From assembly GCF_964204645.1 (NCBI RefSeq), contig NC_134035.1, positions 992,001 to 1,056,000 on the forward strand: a stretch of 64,000 nucleotides of DNA, in the 5' to 3' direction. The position numbers were made by a program, and so were the translations under genes. The first letter of the stretch is position 1. Every line of letters begins with the position of its first letter. Origin of the DNA: Tubulanus polymorphus (lineage: Eukaryota > Animalia > Nemertea). The notes beneath the pieces are model-generated. The model saw only the letters and a program-made list of their open reading frames with translations, searched no databases and was not told where the DNA came from. This document shows positions 60,753 to 64,000 of the stretch, piece by piece.

Positions 60753-63700
60753 GAAAAGTGAAGCAAAACAGTACAATTACTCTGACATAGTAAAGGCTTA
60801 AACAAAAGTTTTCAGCAGTTTTCAGTCACACTGGATTAACAGATTCTCGTTTTACACAAAGGCCCAGCCTGTGGCAGTGGGAGAAAGCTGGTGTAACTAA
60901 CTGGTCGAGTCAGCTGGTCTTAACTTGCTGAACAAGATGTGGTGGAAAAGAGGGACGAGGAAGTAACAGGAAATTGTAAGAACAGTTCATCAACAAGATT
61001 TGTGAAACTATCGCCTGCACCATGTGCAATGCAAGCGGCTAGGGTAGTGCGGCCCGTGTAGGCTAGAAAGTGGTTTTTGACACCGAGTGAGGTCCCTGTT
61101 AGTCTAGTACCTAGCCGTCGTTCCCCAAACAACCCGGAACCCGTAGTAATAACGACTGACTGATTCCAAATAAATTTAGTAGGTCCCTCACCTGCTCACT
61201 GTGTCGTGACGTGTCGTGTCTGCGCCGAAGTCAACTGGAGACGAGTGAGGTCCCCCTGTGCGTCCCTGAGGACATGAAATATCACGAATTCTTGTCTTTT
61301 TACCCAATATCAAATTCGTACATTTAAAATCATCGTGGCTTTAAAGTCTTTATCAATTGAGGGAAATGTTCACTGTAAATAAAGAATTAGCGATTGAATT
61401 GAGCCCGCTCCACAGTAAAAATAGCGCGATCAATTCAATCTCGACCGTCTAGTGCTGCCCCTATGTATAACGATAGCGTGGAAAACGTGAACTAACATCA
61501 TACTCGCTTGCCAGAGTCTTCGAACGGTTGTAATGGACGAACTAATTACCGATTTGCGGGCCGGATTCCGAGGAAAATTCTCAAACTCTGAAAACTGCTC
61601 TGAAACGTTTGAACCAAACAAATTTTCTATAAAAGAATAAGCCTTAAAACAGTAAATTTGAATCGGGGTATTTCTGGTATGGTCTGGGAGAGAGCTACAG
61701 GTGTTTGTATGTTCCCTGATTATTTGCGCCCAATTAGAATACATCGAAGAAAAAATATGGACATTTTGTCAATTCAGATGATAAATTATCATTCAAAAAT
61801 GTAAATGAATAAGTTATTCTGTATATAAATATTATATTAATTGATAAGTAAGTGATTTTTAGCTAAAAAGAATTAAATATGTTACCTAAGAAATAAGGAA
61901 ATATCATGCAAAATTCAGAACGTATTCATAGTATCATATTTAATCAGAATTAGGCGCCACACTGGTCTGTATTGTACGTAATAAGGAAATTTAAATTCCG
62001 GCGGTAAATATGCACTACTATTTTAGTTCATAGAAATTCCGCTATCGTAATTCATTGGGGCAGCACTGAACGGTAGATATCTAACTCAGCCTCGCAATCT
62101 TACTGTGGCATGCGAGTAATACAGATATTTTTCTTAGCCGAATTTCGTTCAATGTTTAATATGAGTCCATTGTATATGAATAATTCTACTATTGTTTTAG
62201 GTTTTTCGAAGGGGATCATCTTTTTAAAACGAATTTCAAACTATTTTGATAGAACTCTTTTGTCTGCGGAATGTACTAGTATCCGGTAAAGCGGTAGGCT
62301 CACATGCCAAAGGAAGAATTTCAAGCAAATTAAATATTATTCTCTAAATAGTGCATTCAACTACCACTAATTCACTGTAACCAGAAAAAAATGTTCTGAA
62401 ACTATTAAAGAAACAATTTTCTATGAAAGAATAAAGCTTAAGAGTAAATTTGAATCTGGGATATTCCTAGTTTCGTCTGGGAGAGAACAACAGGTTCTAG
62501 ATGCCAGGAGCATTTTTTTTAGTTGCCCCGTTTTTAGTTCAAACACAACCAATCGGTAGTGTCACATATTTAGTCCTCGTGGACATAAAGTTCACTATAA
62601 GTGAAGTCAAGTTCTCCCAATATGTGTTCGTTTGTTTGTTTATCCTCTCGGTGAGTTCTAACGCTGCCCACACATATTTATCCAGTTCATCTGATGTAGG
62701 TCCTGATCAACAAACAAAAACGTCAATATATAGTTCCTTATGATGACAAACTCCTAAAAAAATATACACGAAACTTTATAGATTTGAGGCCACCAGTCAA
62801 ACATACAGAGTTAGAGTTAAGTCTAATTACCGGTGTATCAGAGAAATGGCAATCTGAGGTAGGCTACTCAACAAAATGAATGTCAGGGGTCGAATATTTT
62901 TTGTCTCCGATTTCGTTGAAATTCAGTATAGACATGTATTATGGGGTGCTGATCACAAATCTGAAAGAATTTTTCGGGTCCGAGGCCCAGAAAATGAGTA
63001 ATTCGCATTTTTGGGGGACCCCCTAAATTTTCAAAAGGCCTTGGACCCCAGAGTTTTTGAGATATTCGAAATCTGATTGCAGATTTGGAATCAGCACCCC
63101 TGAAAATACAGAGGACTAAAATTTTAAACAAATCGAAGAGATTCGATTTTTTGGCTAAAAATGGCAAAAATCTAAGGTGTTAGTCCAGGAGTTTTTTTTC
63201 GGCGAAAAATTTTTTTTCTCTGATTCCTTCGAAAATTAGTAGGAATATGTATTCTGAGGTGTAGATTCCGGATCCGTAATCAGATTTTGAATCGGAATTC
63301 ATCTTCATAAGCAAATAAGGGTTTTAATGCCCAAAATATGCACCCCAAAAATGGGGTACAAAGTCAAAATTTTTTTTTGGCCCAATTTTAATGAAATTTT
63401 GTGCAGACATGTTTTTTGGGGTGCTGGGTACAAATATGAGGTTAGATTTAGGATCTGAAGCTCGTAAAATGAGATATTCAGGATTTCGTGTTTTGACCCC
63501 CTTAATTTCGTCACAAATTTTGATGAAATTCGGTCCAAAAACGATTTTTATTCAATGATGTCAAATATTCAATTAATTTTTAAGGTAGAAATTGATTCTC
63601 TTACTAAAAACCCTGAATTATAATTCCTGCAACACAATTACAGGCTGCTTCAAATAACCACATTGACAATTCTTATGAAATGTAGTAAACAGAGTGAGTA

Positions 63701-64000
63701 TCAATCCACTTATAGTCCGGTTAGTTGACTAAATAGTCCAGTTAGTTCACATATAGTCTGGTTAGTTCACTAGTAGTCCAGTTAGTTCACTAGTAGTGCG
63801 GAAGAAGTTGGCTGAAGAAGTAAAACTGTGATAAATTTCAGATGATGAGGTTGGGTGAGGTTGAGGGAGGATGGGGTGAGAGGTCGAGGGAGGATGGGTG
63901 AAAAGGGAAGCAAAACAGTACAATTACTCTGACATAGTTCAGGCTTAAGCAAAAGTTTTCAGCAGTTTTCAGTCACACTGGATTAACAGATTCTCGTTTT

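Larger units (their letters stand above)
46774..62494 (+). repeat. Tandem segmental unit 2 (15,721 bp) containing the intact receptor gene; unit 3 begins at 62495
   Basis: TTCTAGATGCC landmark at 37098, 46774 and 62495, with colinear A-B-C blocks following. Confidence 0.85.

Overview
Intron-rich animal genomic DNA, most consistent with a lophotrochozoan invertebrate (inferred from the GRL101-type receptor and astacin-ShK gene). Hand splicing gives four protein genes. (1) The 3' six coding exons of a SoxD (Sox5/6/13-type) gene on + (7528-11586), probably followed by a long AT-rich 3' UTR. (2) The last exons of an SLC3A/rBAT-4F2hc (GH13)-like gene on - (20873-21345); no upstream exons were found. 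(3) An astacin metalloprotease with five ShK domains on + (23053-32358). It carries a GA instead of GT splice donor, an LTR-int-LTR-int-LTR gag-only retroelement in intron 2 and a 2.2-kb long-TIR transposon inside ShK4, and the whole gene is bracketed by 167-bp inverted repeats. (4) An intact 1926-aa GRL101-like receptor (signal-CUB-C-type lectin-LDLa-LRR-7TM; 51114-57098) in a ~15.7-kb tandem array, whose upstream unit lost ~7 kb of the gene by a microhomology deletion. Also present: a Penelope-like GIY-YIG retroelement with a minimal hammerhead ribozyme, a tandem array of the same hammerhead motif in a SoxD intron, MITEs, tRNA-like SINE heads, minisatellites and a G-rich strand-asymmetric satellite. 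All calls are by eye; no database searches were run.
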